Below the pieces are notes generated by a model. That model saw nothing but the letters and a program-made list of their open reading frames with translations, made no database searches and was not told where the DNA came from. Positions 8,361 through 17,386 of a stretch of DNA of 64,000 bases are shown piece after piece (the first letter of the stretch is position 1; every line of letters begins with the position of its first letter). The stretch comes from Acidobacteriota bacterium (GTDB taxonomy: Bacteria > Acidobacteriota > Vicinamibacteria > Vicinamibacterales > CAVVIG01), in NCBI GenBank assembly GCA_046728115.1, contig JBKPDW010000072.1, forward strand, positions 1,166-65,165. The letters are read 5' to 3'. The position numbers and the translations under genes were made by a program.

Positions 8361-11300
8361 ATGCGAACGATGACGAAGTGTCTGGCGATCCTCGGCGTCG
8401 TGCTGTTGCCAGCAACGGTCCTTGCGCAGGGTTCTCTCACGGGCACCGTCCGCGACGGCTCGGGTGCGGTGCTGCCCGGCGTCACGGTCGAGGCGTCAAG
8501 CGACGCCCTCATCGAGAAGACGCGTTCGGCGACCACCGACGGGACGGGCCAGTACCGCATCATCGATCTGCGTCCCGGCATCTACGTGTTGACGGCCACG
8601 CTCCCCGGGTTCGCGACCTTCAAGCGCGACAACATCGACCTCTCCGGCACGCAGACGATCACTATTCCGATCGAAATGCGCGTCGGCGCGATCGAGGAAA
8701 GCGTCGTCGTCACCGGTGAATCGCCGGTGGTCGACGTGCAGAACGCCAGGCGCGAAATCGTCATGAACTCCGAGACCATCCAGACGCTGCCGGTCGCACG
8801 AGCCGCGGGGGCGCTGCTCAATGCGACCCCCGGGCTGACGGTCGACACCAACGGTCCGGCGTTGTCGCCGACGATGACGTTCTTCAACGCGCACTCGAGC
8901 GGAGCGAATTCGACCTCGGTTGCGGGCGAAGGCCGCATGACCGTCAACGGCATGACCGTCGCGGCCGCGAGGAGCGGAGGTGTGTCGTCGTACGTGTATG
9001 ACACACCCAACTCGCAGGAAGTGGCCATCACCGTCGGCGCCGGACTTGGCGAAAGCGACATCGGCGGCCCGGTGATGAACCTGGTCCCGAAGTCAGGCGG
9101 CAACAGGTTCGCCGGCACCGTGTTCTTCAACGATGCAGGCAAGTGGTCGCGCGGCAACAACCTGACCGACGACCTCCGCGCGATCGGCCTGACGCAGACC
9201 CCTGGCATCATCCAGGCGTATGACGCCAGCGCCTCGTACGGCGGCCCGATCAAGAAGGACCACCTGTGGTTCTACGGCAGCTACCGCAACCTCGACACGC
9301 AGACGGCGATGGAAGGCATTACGGCGAACGCGAACGCCGGTGACCCGTCGCGCTGGGATTGGGTCGGCTCGCCGATCAACGCCCGCCTGGTGCAGGACCG
9401 CCAGATGATAATCGGTCGCCTGACGGGCCAGGTTGGAAGGAACCGCTTCACGTTCAACTCCGAATACCAGCATCGTTGCGAAGGCACGCCGCTGAAGCTC
9501 GAGACGCAGGGCTGCCACAACCGCGCTGCTGACTGGATCGGGCTTGGCAACAACGCCGCGCCATTCCAGTCGCCGGAAGCGACGTCGACGGCAGCGCGCG
9601 GCTACTTCGACGCGCCCTTCTACGTCAATCAGCCGTTTTGGACGATGCCCGTGAGCAACAAACTGCTGCTCGAGGCTGGCTACACAGCATTCCGTTACAA
9701 CCCGATCTTCGGGTTTCCACCCCCGGACGGCATCACGAACATGGTTCCAGTCACCGAACAGTCGAACGCGATCAATCCGGCCACCGGCCAGCGTTACGCG
9801 CCGCAGCCGACCTACGCGTATCGCGCTGTGGAGTCGTGGGGATGGGCCGTCGGCAAGACCGATGGCTGGCGTGCGTCGGCGTCCTACGTCACCGGCGCAC
9901 ACAACCTGAAGGTCGGCTATCAGGGCAACCGGCTGGACCAGCTCGATCAGACGATTGCGAACGACACGCAGCTCGGCTACCGATTCAACCAGGGGGTCGC
10001 GAATGCGGTGAGCTACTACCTGCCTGATTTTGGCCGTCGAACCATCACCACGCTCCACGGCATCTTCATCCAGGACAGCTGGACCCGCAAAGGGCTGACA
10101 GTGCAGGGCGCGCTGCGCTACGACCGCGCCTCGAGCTACGCGCCCGTCGACCAGAACGGCACCACACGGACGTCGTTCCTGAATCCCGCGCCCATCACGA
10201 TCCAGGAGACGCCGGGCGTCGACGCCTACAACGATCTCACGCCGCGCGTGGCCGTCGCCTACGACCTGTTCGGCAACGGCAAAACAGCCGTCAAGTTCAA
10301 CTGGGGCCGCTACCTCGCGTACGCCGCGAACGATCCGCCGTACACGTCGACCAACCCCGGCTTTACCGTCGTGCGGTCGGTCACGAACCGCGGCTGGACC
10401 GATTCGAACCGGAACTACGTCGTCGACTGCGACCTGCTCAATCCCGCGCTGCAGGATCGATCGGCGACCGGCGGCGACATCTGCGCCGCCGCGGTCGGCA
10501 ACCAGGCCAACTTCGGCAAATTGGGCGCCGCGACGATCGTCAATCCCGACGTGCTGCACGGCTGGGGCAAGCGTCCGGGGGACTATCAGTGGGCCGCTAC
10601 GCTGCAGCACGAGATCATCCCACGCGTGTCGGTGGACGTCAGCTACACGCGCCGGAACTTCTTCGGATTCTTCGTGACCGACGACCTGAATCGCGACGTC
10701 AACACCGCGTACGAGACCTACACGCTGACGGCGCCGCAGGATCCGCGGCTGCCGGGCGGCGGTGGCTATCCGATCACGGTGTACACGCCCACGGCCGCGG
10801 CCAACGCCATTCCATCCAAGACGTATCTGACGTGGGAAACCGACTACGGTCCGGAGCGTACGAGCTACTGGCACGGCGTCGACTTCACGCTCAACACGCG
10901 CCTGCGTGAAGGCCTGACCACGTCGATCGGCACGAGCACCGGACGCGCCGTCCTCGACGACTGCGCGACCGCCACGAAATACAACCAGGTGAACACCGTC
11001 ACCAACGTCTCCGCCGGTCCCGATCCGCGGGGCTGCCACAGCGTCGATCCGTTCCAAACGACCGTGCGCGGGCTCGCGACCTACATCATCCCGAAGATCG
11101 ACGTGCTCGTCAGCGGAGCGTTCCGGTCGCAGCCACCGGTCCAGCTTGGGGCACCTCAGATGGGCGCCACGATCGCGGCCGGCGGCAACTCGGCGCAGTG
11201 GATCGTGCCGAACGCCGTCATCGCGGCGGCGCTCGGTCACCTGCCGGTGGGCGCGACACCCACCGGCACCACGACGATCCAGATCGCAGACAACGTCAAC

Positions 11301-11546
11301 CGCGTGTACGCGGACACCCGGCGGACGCAGATCGACATGCGGTTTGCCAAGGTCCTGCGCTTCGGCCGAACGCGATCGGACGTCGGCATCGACCTGAACA
11401 ACTTGCTGAACACGAACTACGCAACCGGTTACAACACGACTTATACGTACAGTGTCGGCAACACCGCGAACGGCGGCACGTGGGGCAATCCGACGAGCAT
11501 CTACGGGCCGCGGTTCGTGCGGATCAACTACACGCTGAACTTCTGA
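8361..11546 (+). CDS. TonB-dependent outer-membrane receptor with N-terminal CarboxypepD_reg-like domain
   Basis: Signal peptide, then GSLTGTVRDGSGAVLPGVTVEASS...TTDGTGQYRIIDLRPGIYVLTATLPGF, a plug-like segment, a ~900-aa beta-barrel-like body and the terminal RINYTLNF (C-terminal Phe). Confidence 0.85.
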   Translation: MRTMTKCLAILGVVLLPATVLAQGSLTGTVRDGSGAVLPGVTVEASSDALIEKTRSATTDGTGQYRIIDLRPGIYVLTATLPGFATFKRDNIDLSGTQTITIPIEMRVGAIEESVVVTGESPVVDVQNARREIVMNSETIQTLPVARAAGALLNATPGLTVDTNGPALSPTMTFFNAHSSGANSTSVAGEGRMTVNGMTVAAARSGGVSSYVYDTPNSQEVAITVGAGLGESDIGGPVMNLVPKSGGNRFAGTVFFNDAGKWSRGNNLTDDLRAIGLTQTPGIIQAYDASASYGGPIKKDHLWFYGSYRNLDTQTAMEGITANANAGDPSRWDWVGSPINARLVQDRQMIIGRLTGQVGRNRFTFNSEYQHRCEGTPLKLETQGCHNRAADWIGLGNNAAPFQSPEATSTAARGYFDAPFYVNQPFWTMPVSNKLLLEAGYTAFRYNPIFGFPPPDGITNMVPVTEQSNAINPATGQRYAPQPTYAYRAVESWGWAVGKTDGWRASASYVTGAHNLKVGYQGNRLDQLDQTIANDTQLGYRFNQGVANAVSYYLPDFGRRTITTLHGIFIQDSWTRKGLTVQGALRYDRASSYAPVDQNGTTRTSFLNPAPITIQETPGVDAYNDLTPRVAVAYDLFGNGKTAVKFNWGRYLAYAANDPPYTSTNPGFTVVRSVTNRGWTDSNRNYVVDCDLLNPALQDRSATGGDICAAAVGNQANFGKLGAATIVNPDVLHGWGKRPGDYQWAATLQHEIIPRVSVDVSYTRRNFFGFFVTDDLNRDVNTAYETYTLTAPQDPRLPGGGGYPITVYTPTAAANAIPSKTYLTWETDYGPERTSYWHGVDFTLNTRLREGLTTSIGTSTGRAVLDDCATATKYNQVNTVTNVSAGPDPRGCHSVDPFQTTVRGLATYIIPKIDVLVSGAFRSQPPVQLGAPQMGATIAAGGNSAQWIVPNAVIAAALGHLPVGATPTGTTTIQIADNVNRVYADTRRTQIDMRFAKVLRFGRTRSDVGIDLNNLLNTNYATGYNTTYTYSVGNTANGGTWGNPTSIYGPRFVRINYTLNF

Positions 11547-11568
11547 ATCGACCAGACGGCTAGAGGGT

Positions 11569-11596
11569 GGCCTGGGCGTCGTTGACGGCCCGGGCC
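11569..11596. terminator. GC-rich hairpin between convergent genes (GGCCTGGGCGTC-GTT-GACGG-CCCGGGCC); no U-tract
   Basis: 12 pairs including one G-U, one bulged G and a 3-nt loop. Lies between the stops at 11546 (+) and 11604 (-). Confidence 0.35.
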
Positions 11597-11603
11597 GCTC
11601 TCG

Positions 11604-12713
11604 TCACTTCTCCGGCGCAACCATCTTGGTGAGCCGCGCAACGCTCGTGTCGCCTGTGTACAGGTTGCCCTGCGAATCCATGGCCATGTAGTTGGATTCG
11701 ACGAACTGGCCGTCGCCTCTGCCGGGTCCGTTCCCGATCGCACCAAGTACGTTGCCGTCCCAGTCGATCTTGAAGATCTGGCCGTCCTGCCCGGTCGCCA
11801 GCCACAGCTGCTTGTGCGGGTCCACATAGAGGGCGCACGTGAGGTTTCTCATCTGAATCGTCTTGAGAAACTTGCCGCGTGCATCGTAGACGACCAGCCG
11901 ATATTCCTCGCGGTCCGCGATATACACGTTGCCGTTGGCGGGATGAATTGCAATCCCGTGGACCATGCTGAAATGACCCTGTCCGGCATGGTTGCCGAAC
12001 CATTGATTGATGAATTTGCCGTTCTTGTCGAGGTGCAGAACGCGCGCGGCGCCGATGTTGTTGGTCGGAGACCTGTCCGTGTCGTTGGGACTCTCGTTCG
12101 CGTGACCCTCGCCAATGTAGATGTCGCCATTCGAAGCGAAGGCGAGATGCAGCGGCTGCCAGAGCAGCCGTTGTCCCTTGGCTTCGTCCCAGTCGCCGCG
12201 TTGTCCCTTCACACCGATGGTCAGCAGGAGCTTTCCTTCCGGACTGAGTTTCATCACGGTGTCGCCATTCTCGTCGCAGATCCAGACGTTGTCCTCGGCG
12301 TCAATCGCCATGCCGTGCGCTTTGTTCTGGTGGCCGATCACGTCGTCGCCAATCGCGCGAACGAGCTTGTGATTCTCGTCGAACTCGAACAACTGCGGCT
12401 TTCCCGGGGCGTTGCGCTGAAAGGCGAAGAGGTGCCCTTTCGAATTGATCGCGACAGCGGCCACACCACCTCCGCCTTCTGGCAAGGCAAATGGATACGC
12501 GTATGTGAAGCCCAGATCGGGCGTGCGCACTTCATGAGGAATGATGTTGCGCTCTCTTCCCCATGCGCAGATGGGCGAATGCGTGCACGGCTCGGCACCC
12601 GAGTTGCCTTGGATGGCACCTCGCCCACCGGCCGGCGTCCCCGTTTGAGAGAATGCCAGGACTGAAGAGAACAGGGCGAGAGCCACGACTCCAGCGAGAG
12701 TGCGTCCTCTCAT
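11604..12713 (-). CDS. Secreted NHL-repeat beta-propeller protein (peptidylglycine-amidating-lyase-like)
   Basis: Signal peptide plus repeated blocks ...HGMAIDAEDNVWICD..., ...NGDIYIGEGH..., ...HGIAIHPANGNVYIADRE..., ...DSQGNLYTGD.... Confidence 0.8.
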   Translation of the reverse strand: MRGRTLAGVVALALFSSVLAFSQTGTPAGGRGAIQGNSGAEPCTHSPICAWGRERNIIPHEVRTPDLGFTYAYPFALPEGGGGVAAVAINSKGHLFAFQRNAPGKPQLFEFDENHKLVRAIGDDVIGHQNKAHGMAIDAEDNVWICDENGDTVMKLSPEGKLLLTIGVKGQRGDWDEAKGQRLLWQPLHLAFASNGDIYIGEGHANESPNDTDRSPTNNIGAARVLHLDKNGKFINQWFGNHAGQGHFSMVHGIAIHPANGNVYIADREEYRLVVYDARGKFLKTIQMRNLTCALYVDPHKQLWLATGQDGQIFKIDWDGNVLGAIGNGPGRGDGQFVESNYMAMDSQGNLYTGDTSVARLTKMVAPEK

Positions 12714-12748
12714 ATCAACCTCCCGATAAGTCGCGACGGTGAGAACGA

Positions 12749-13153
12749 TCAGTCGCGTGCGAGCTTGAAATCGCCTTTGCTCTCGCCCTGCGTCCAGGTA
12801 CCGGAGAGCGTGCGGTTATACGACCCGAGATTGGAGAGCTTGCCGTCAATGACGTAACGAACAGCTGCGCTCTTGTCCTTCGCCGCGCGCTCGGCCTCGA
12901 TGTGGATGGTCCACGTGCTCGAGTCGAGCGTGGCGGTTTTGAACGGCACGGCGTCTGGCCCGGGATCGATCGTGCCGTCGATTTTTTTCCCGTCCCACGT
13001 CATGACGACGGTGACGTCGTGGCGCTGTTGAGGCGACGAACCCCAGTCGCCGTACCACGTGCCGACGAGCGGATGCCCTTCCTGGGCGAATGCCGTCGAG
13101 GCCAGCGCGACGACCGCGCACAACAGTCGTGCCCTAGGCCTCGCTCGTGTCAA
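12749..13153 (-). CDS. Small secreted hypothetical protein (TTG start)
   Basis: Signal-like MTRARPRARLLCAVVALASTAFAQE. The TTG start overlaps the upstream stop (TTGA at 13150-13153). Last gene of the 15562-to-12749 operon. Confidence 0.6.
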   Translation of the reverse strand: MTRARPRARLLCAVVALASTAFAQEGHPLVGTWYGDWGSSPQQRHDVTVVMTWDGKKIDGTIDPGPDAVPFKTATLDSSTWTIHIEAERAAKDKSAAVRYVIDGKLSNLGSYNRTLSGTWTQGESKGDFKLARD

Positions 13154-14031
13154 GGGATGATTCTCCGCTGGCGCGACACCGAGGCGTCGGCGCCAACCAT
13201 CCCTTGCGGCGAGCGGTTGTTATCCTGACAGATGTATTCGAACAACTCGGTGCCGGGACTCCATCGCAGGATGAAGCCGCCGGTCCAGATGGCTGTGTAG
13301 GCGCCCGGGTCGTCTATCGTCGCTTCATACTTCAACGAGTTGAAATCGCTGCGTGTGAAGCGCTCGACCAGATGGAGCTGCTCGGTGTGCGGGGTGCCCT
13401 CTCGGTCCATCCAGAACTTCGTGTTGAAGCCGACCGTGTCAACGACGAGCGCATCGCCCTCCCAGCGGCCGACCGAATGTCCGTAATAGCTCGGATCGAG
13501 GTCCTTGGGATGCGGCCGGCCGTCCATGTAGATCGTGCGGAATGTGTGCGGCCCGCCGACGTCGAAGATGTACACGCGCTTCATCTCCGGCATGTCCACG
13601 AATTCCACGCCGTACGGCGTGATGAACTCGCGCGGTCCGCCCGAGGCCTTGCATCGGGTGTGCGGCTCGTCTCGCTCGAAGTTCGCCTGGCGTGCGGCGT
13701 GCAGCGCTCGGGCCCACAGCTGAAAAGGCACGGCTTCGAGCGTGATGTTGTCGGGTAGATGACTGGTCGGGTTCGCGCGGTTGACGCTCTTCGGGTTGAG
13801 CGACAGTTGGACGATGCCAGCGGGCGTCCACAGTCCTTTCTCGCCCGGAGGCGGCCCGAGATTGACACGACCGTCCGGCCAATGCGGCGTCGGCTTCGAC
13901 GGCGGCGCTCCTCCTCGCCGCTGCGCGTTCGCCGACATCGATAGCACCATCGCGGCCACGAACGCACCGAACGCGAAGACCGCGAAGGAGAACAGCCGAC
14001 CCAACGCCGCGCCGGTCGGGACGCGTGTCAT
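13150..14031 (-). CDS. Secreted conserved hypothetical protein (stand-alone copy of the C-terminal domain of 14435..15562)
   Basis: Shares PxWPDG...PGExGxW, GRWEGDxLVVDTxGFNxxFW, PHTEQLHLVER, DPGAYT, LRWxPG and EYxCQDN blocks with the fusion protein upstream. ATGA overlap at 14028-14031. Confidence 0.7.
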   Translation of the reverse strand: MTRVPTGAALGRLFSFAVFAFGAFVAAMVLSMSANAQRRGGAPPSKPTPHWPDGRVNLGPPPGEKGLWTPAGIVQLSLNPKSVNRANPTSHLPDNITLEAVPFQLWARALHAARQANFERDEPHTRCKASGGPREFITPYGVEFVDMPEMKRVYIFDVGGPHTFRTIYMDGRPHPKDLDPSYYGHSVGRWEGDALVVDTVGFNTKFWMDREGTPHTEQLHLVERFTRSDFNSLKYEATIDDPGAYTAIWTGGFILRWSPGTELFEYICQDNNRSPQGMVGADASVSRQRRIIP

Positions 14032-14438
14032 CGCGTTGATGGGTCACCGCTCGAGGCGGCTCCCAGCGTTTTGCCGTCGGCGGTCTTGACCGTCCTGGCG
14101 TTGGCTCGCTTGCCGCCGTCGCGCGCGAGGGCGCCCGCCACGGTGACGACGTCGCCGATTTTCATCGTGTCGCGCAGCCACCCGCGCTGCTGCAGCTGAT
14201 GCGGCGCGCCCATCTCGAGGGCCCACCGGACCGTCTCACCTTCGTCGTCCTTGACGTTGATGTAGAACCACACGTGCGGGTTCATCCAGTCGATCCGCGT
14301 GACCACCCCCGTCAGCGTGATCGGCTTGCTCGCGTCGAACTCCGCGGCAAAGGAATGATGGGCGCTCGCCGGTGCGGATCGCAGGGCAATCACGGCTCCG
14401 AGCGCGATGACTGTGGACGTCAGACGTTTTGGTGTCAT
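14028..14438 (-). CDS. DUF6152-like small secreted protein (mature N-terminus predicted HHSFAAEFD)
   Basis: Track ORF 14028..14960 trimmed to Met175 (MTPKRLTSTVIALGAVIALRSAPASA|HHSF...). ATGA overlap with the upstream stop at 14435-14438. Confidence 0.7.
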   Translation of the reverse strand: MTPKRLTSTVIALGAVIALRSAPASAHHSFAAEFDASKPITLTGVVTRIDWMNPHVWFYINVKDDEGETVRWALEMGAPHQLQQRGWLRDTMKIGDVVTVAGALARDGGKRANARTVKTADGKTLGAASSGDPSTR

Positions 14439-15562
14439 GGCCGATTGTCCTGGCAAAAATACTCCGGCATGTCCTCGCCGGGCACCCACCGCAGCGTCCA
14501 GCCGGCGGACCACTGACGCGTGTAGGCGCCCGGATCCTCGATGGTCACATCGTAGCGCAGTGTACCGAAATCGGGCCGCGCGAGCCGCTCGACGAGGTGC
14601 AGCTGCTCGGTATGCGGCAGCCCGCCGTTGGAGAACCAGAAGCGCTCGTTGAAGCCCTTGGTATCGACGACCAGCGAATCGCCCTCCCAGCGCCCGACAG
14701 CGCGGCCAAAGTAGAGCGGGTTGTCGGCATCCCCCTCGACCTGGCCTTTCTGTTCGCGGCCGTCGGTGTAGATGAGACGCCAGTTTCGATTGCCGCCGCC
14801 CATCATCACGAACACGCGCTGGCGATCGCGCTGCTCGAGGAACTGGATGCCGTAGCGGTTCTGAAACTGCCGCGGCCCGCCCGGCGGCAGGCAGTGCACG
14901 AACATCGGATCGTCCTTGAGGAAGGCGCGCTGGCGGTAGACGTACAGATCGCGGGCCCAATCCTGGAACGGCGCGACGCGAGGCGCGTCGGCCACGCTGC
15001 GCAGCAGGCCGTCGGCATCTGCTTCCACGACGACACCGCGCTCGACCAGCGTTGTCGCGCTCGGACTCGCCCAGTAGCCCGTTTCGCCGGGCACCGCGCC
15101 CAGTCGCGGCTGTCCGTCCGGCCAGCGGGGCGTCGGCTCGTTCGTGGCGGCTGGTGCCGCGCTCGGGCGCGCGAAGAACACGCGCTGTCCGGTGCGCGCG
15201 ACCACCATCGACATCGACCAGGCTTGCTTGCTGCCGTCGCGCGCGGCGATTCCCTCCACCGTGACGACGTCGCCGACGCTCAGGGTATTCCGCGTCCAGC
15301 CCTGCCGCCGCAGATCAACCGGACTGTCGAGCTCGATTGCCCAGTTGACAACGCGGCCAGGCGACTCCGCGACGTTGACGAACACGTGTGCATGGGGATT
15401 CGCCCAGTCGATGGCGGTGACCGATCCGCGCAGCGTCACCTGTTTCGCGCTGTCGAACTTCGCCGACACCGCGTGGTGCGCGGTGAGCGGCGCCAGCCCG
15501 AGCAGTAGCGCGCCGCATCCGGCAACGAACCGTCCAGGCCACCACAGGAAATCGCCGGTCAT
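14435..15562 (-). CDS. Secreted fusion protein: DUF6152-like N-domain plus the domain found alone in 13150..14031
   Basis: Trimmed to Met47 (MTGDFLWWPGRFVAGCGALLLGLAPLTA|HHAVSAKFD...). The N-half parallels 14028..14438 and the C-half parallels 13150..14031. Confidence 0.7.
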   Translation of the reverse strand: MTGDFLWWPGRFVAGCGALLLGLAPLTAHHAVSAKFDSAKQVTLRGSVTAIDWANPHAHVFVNVAESPGRVVNWAIELDSPVDLRRQGWTRNTLSVGDVVTVEGIAARDGSKQAWSMSMVVARTGQRVFFARPSAAPAATNEPTPRWPDGQPRLGAVPGETGYWASPSATTLVERGVVVEADADGLLRSVADAPRVAPFQDWARDLYVYRQRAFLKDDPMFVHCLPPGGPRQFQNRYGIQFLEQRDRQRVFVMMGGGNRNWRLIYTDGREQKGQVEGDADNPLYFGRAVGRWEGDSLVVDTKGFNERFWFSNGGLPHTEQLHLVERLARPDFGTLRYDVTIEDPGAYTRQWSAGWTLRWVPGEDMPEYFCQDNRP

Positions 15563-15623
15563 ATGTGGTGCGTACACACGCCTTGGCGGAGGGTCAATTC
15601 TGGACCCTTTCGCTCGAGGAAGT

Positions 15624-15632
15624 GTATACAAT
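15624..15632 (+). promoter_or_regulatory. GTATACAAT, candidate -10-like element 7 nt upstream of the PQQ dehydrogenase-2 ATG
   Basis: Read directly. The same 9-mer occurs at 62018-62026 in the fae divergent promoter region. No Shine-Dalgarno at normal spacing before 15640. Confidence 0.25.
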
Positions 15633-15639
15633 TCGCGCA

Positions 15640-17382
15640 ATGAAGCACCTTCTTTTATCGGCCCTGGCTGCCATCTCGGCCGCGATGTTTGCAGCGACAT
15701 TGTCCGGCCAAACTGCCGTGTCGGTCACTGCGGACCGGTTGGTCGGCGCCCAGAACGAGCCGAACAACTGGCTGATGATGAACGGCGATTATGGTTCCAC
15801 CCGGTACTCGAAGCTGACGCAGATCAACCGTCAGAACGTCAAGAACCTTCGTCTGGCCTGGGCGATGGCGCTGGGCGGCATGCAGGACGTGGGACAGAAC
15901 GGTCCGGAGACCGAGATGCATCCGCTCGTCGACAACGGTTTCCTGTACACGAGCGACGGCTGGGGCACGATCTACAAGATCGACGGCCGCGATGCGAACA
16001 AGGGCGCGTTCGTCTGGGTGGCCGACCCCGGCGTCAAGCACCAGGGGAACCTGCCGCGCACCCGCGGGATTGCGCTCTGGGAAGACCTCGTGATCGCCAA
16101 TCTTCCCGACGGCCGGGTGATTGCGGTGAATCGCGACACTGGCGAAATCGTGTGGGACCGAATGGTGGCCGTAACCAACGAATTCGGCAGCAGGGAACGA
16201 TTCAATGCGGCGCCGATCACGGTCGACGGCAAAGTGATCGTCGCGAACGGCGCGGGAGACGCCAAGACGCGCGGCTGGATCGCGGCGCTCGACGCGCGAT
16301 CGGGCAAGGAGTTGTGGCGCTGGTACGTCGTGCCGAAGCCCGGCGATCCTGGCAGTGAAACGTGGAAGGATAAGAACAACGCGTGGAAGACCGGCGGAGG
16401 CGGCCTCTGGCAAACCGGTTCGTACGACCCGGCGACGAAGCTCACCATCTGGGGCACCGGGAATCCAGTACCCATCTACGATCCTCAGGCGCGCCCCGGC
16501 GACAACCTCTACACGAACGCCGTCGTGGCGCTGAACATCGACACCGGCAAGCTCGCCTGGTACTTCCAATACACGCCGAACGATTCCTGGGACTTCGACG
16601 AAGTCGGCGTGCACATGCTGTACGACGTCACGTTCGGCGACCGCAGCCGCAAGGTCGTCGGCCATTTCGCGCGCAACGGGTTCTACTACTCGCTCGACCG
16701 CACGAACGGCGAGTTCCTGAAAGGGGAACAGTACGTCAACGATTTGAATTGGACGAAGGGTCTCAATCCCAGAACGGGCAAGCCGCTCGACTACGATCCC
16801 AACCTCGACGTGCAAATCTACAATCCGGCGGCGCGGGCGCTGCGCGGCGACCCCACCAAGCGAAGCTGTCCGACGTGGCACGGCGGCATCGCGCACCAGC
16901 CAACCGCCTACAACCCGGTGAAGCACATTGCGTATGGCGCTGGCATCGAAGGCTGCTTCTCGCAAAACGGCGCAGCCGTGGCATTCCTGTCACCTGAGGG
17001 CGGCATCGACGAAAAGAAAAGTGAGAAGCGTACGTACAGCACCGATCTGTACTATGGCTCGATGACGGCCTTCGATACCGTCAACCACAAGGTGCTCGCA
17101 AAGGTAAAAACCGACATCGAGATTCGCTCGGGCGCAACCGACACGGCCGGCGGTCTGGTATTCACGGCGTTGCAGGATGGCTGGGTCGTTGCCTACAACG
17201 ACGAGACGCTCGAGGAGCTCTGGCGCTTCAACGTCGGCACCCCGCTCAAGGGTGCCCCGGTGACGTACGCTGTCGGCGGGAAGCAGTATCTCGCGGTGCA
17301 ATCCGGAGGACGCCACCTGCATCCCACGAAGTTCGACAACCTCGAGAACTCGAGTTATCTGTTCGTCTTCGCGTTGAACTGA
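15640..17382 (+). CDS. PQQ-dependent dehydrogenase, methanol/ethanol family (paralogue 2), D-F-D motif, no vicinal Cys pair
   Basis: Trimmed to MKHLLLSALAAISAAMFAATLSGQ (signal). Family blocks present: NWLMMNGDYGSTRYS, GGGLWQTGSYDPATKLTIWGTGNPVP, NDSWDFDEVG. The segment aligned to the CC loop reads HQGNLPRTRGIAL. Confidence 0.9.
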   Translation: MKHLLLSALAAISAAMFAATLSGQTAVSVTADRLVGAQNEPNNWLMMNGDYGSTRYSKLTQINRQNVKNLRLAWAMALGGMQDVGQNGPETEMHPLVDNGFLYTSDGWGTIYKIDGRDANKGAFVWVADPGVKHQGNLPRTRGIALWEDLVIANLPDGRVIAVNRDTGEIVWDRMVAVTNEFGSRERFNAAPITVDGKVIVANGAGDAKTRGWIAALDARSGKELWRWYVVPKPGDPGSETWKDKNNAWKTGGGGLWQTGSYDPATKLTIWGTGNPVPIYDPQARPGDNLYTNAVVALNIDTGKLAWYFQYTPNDSWDFDEVGVHMLYDVTFGDRSRKVVGHFARNGFYYSLDRTNGEFLKGEQYVNDLNWTKGLNPRTGKPLDYDPNLDVQIYNPAARALRGDPTKRSCPTWHGGIAHQPTAYNPVKHIAYGAGIEGCFSQNGAAVAFLSPEGGIDEKKSEKRTYSTDLYYGSMTAFDTVNHKVLAKVKTDIEIRSGATDTAGGLVFTALQDGWVVAYNDETLEELWRFNVGTPLKGAPVTYAVGGKQYLAVQSGGRHLHPTKFDNLENSSYLFVFALN

Positions 17383-17386
17383 AGGT

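Noticed and set aside
8361-11546. TonB receptor as a lanthanide-uptake (LutH-like) receptor linked to the PQQ dehydrogenases
   Set aside because: The only argument is proximity of several kb, with unrelated genes in between. No lanthanophore or lut-type ABC genes are nearby. This is pure speculation.
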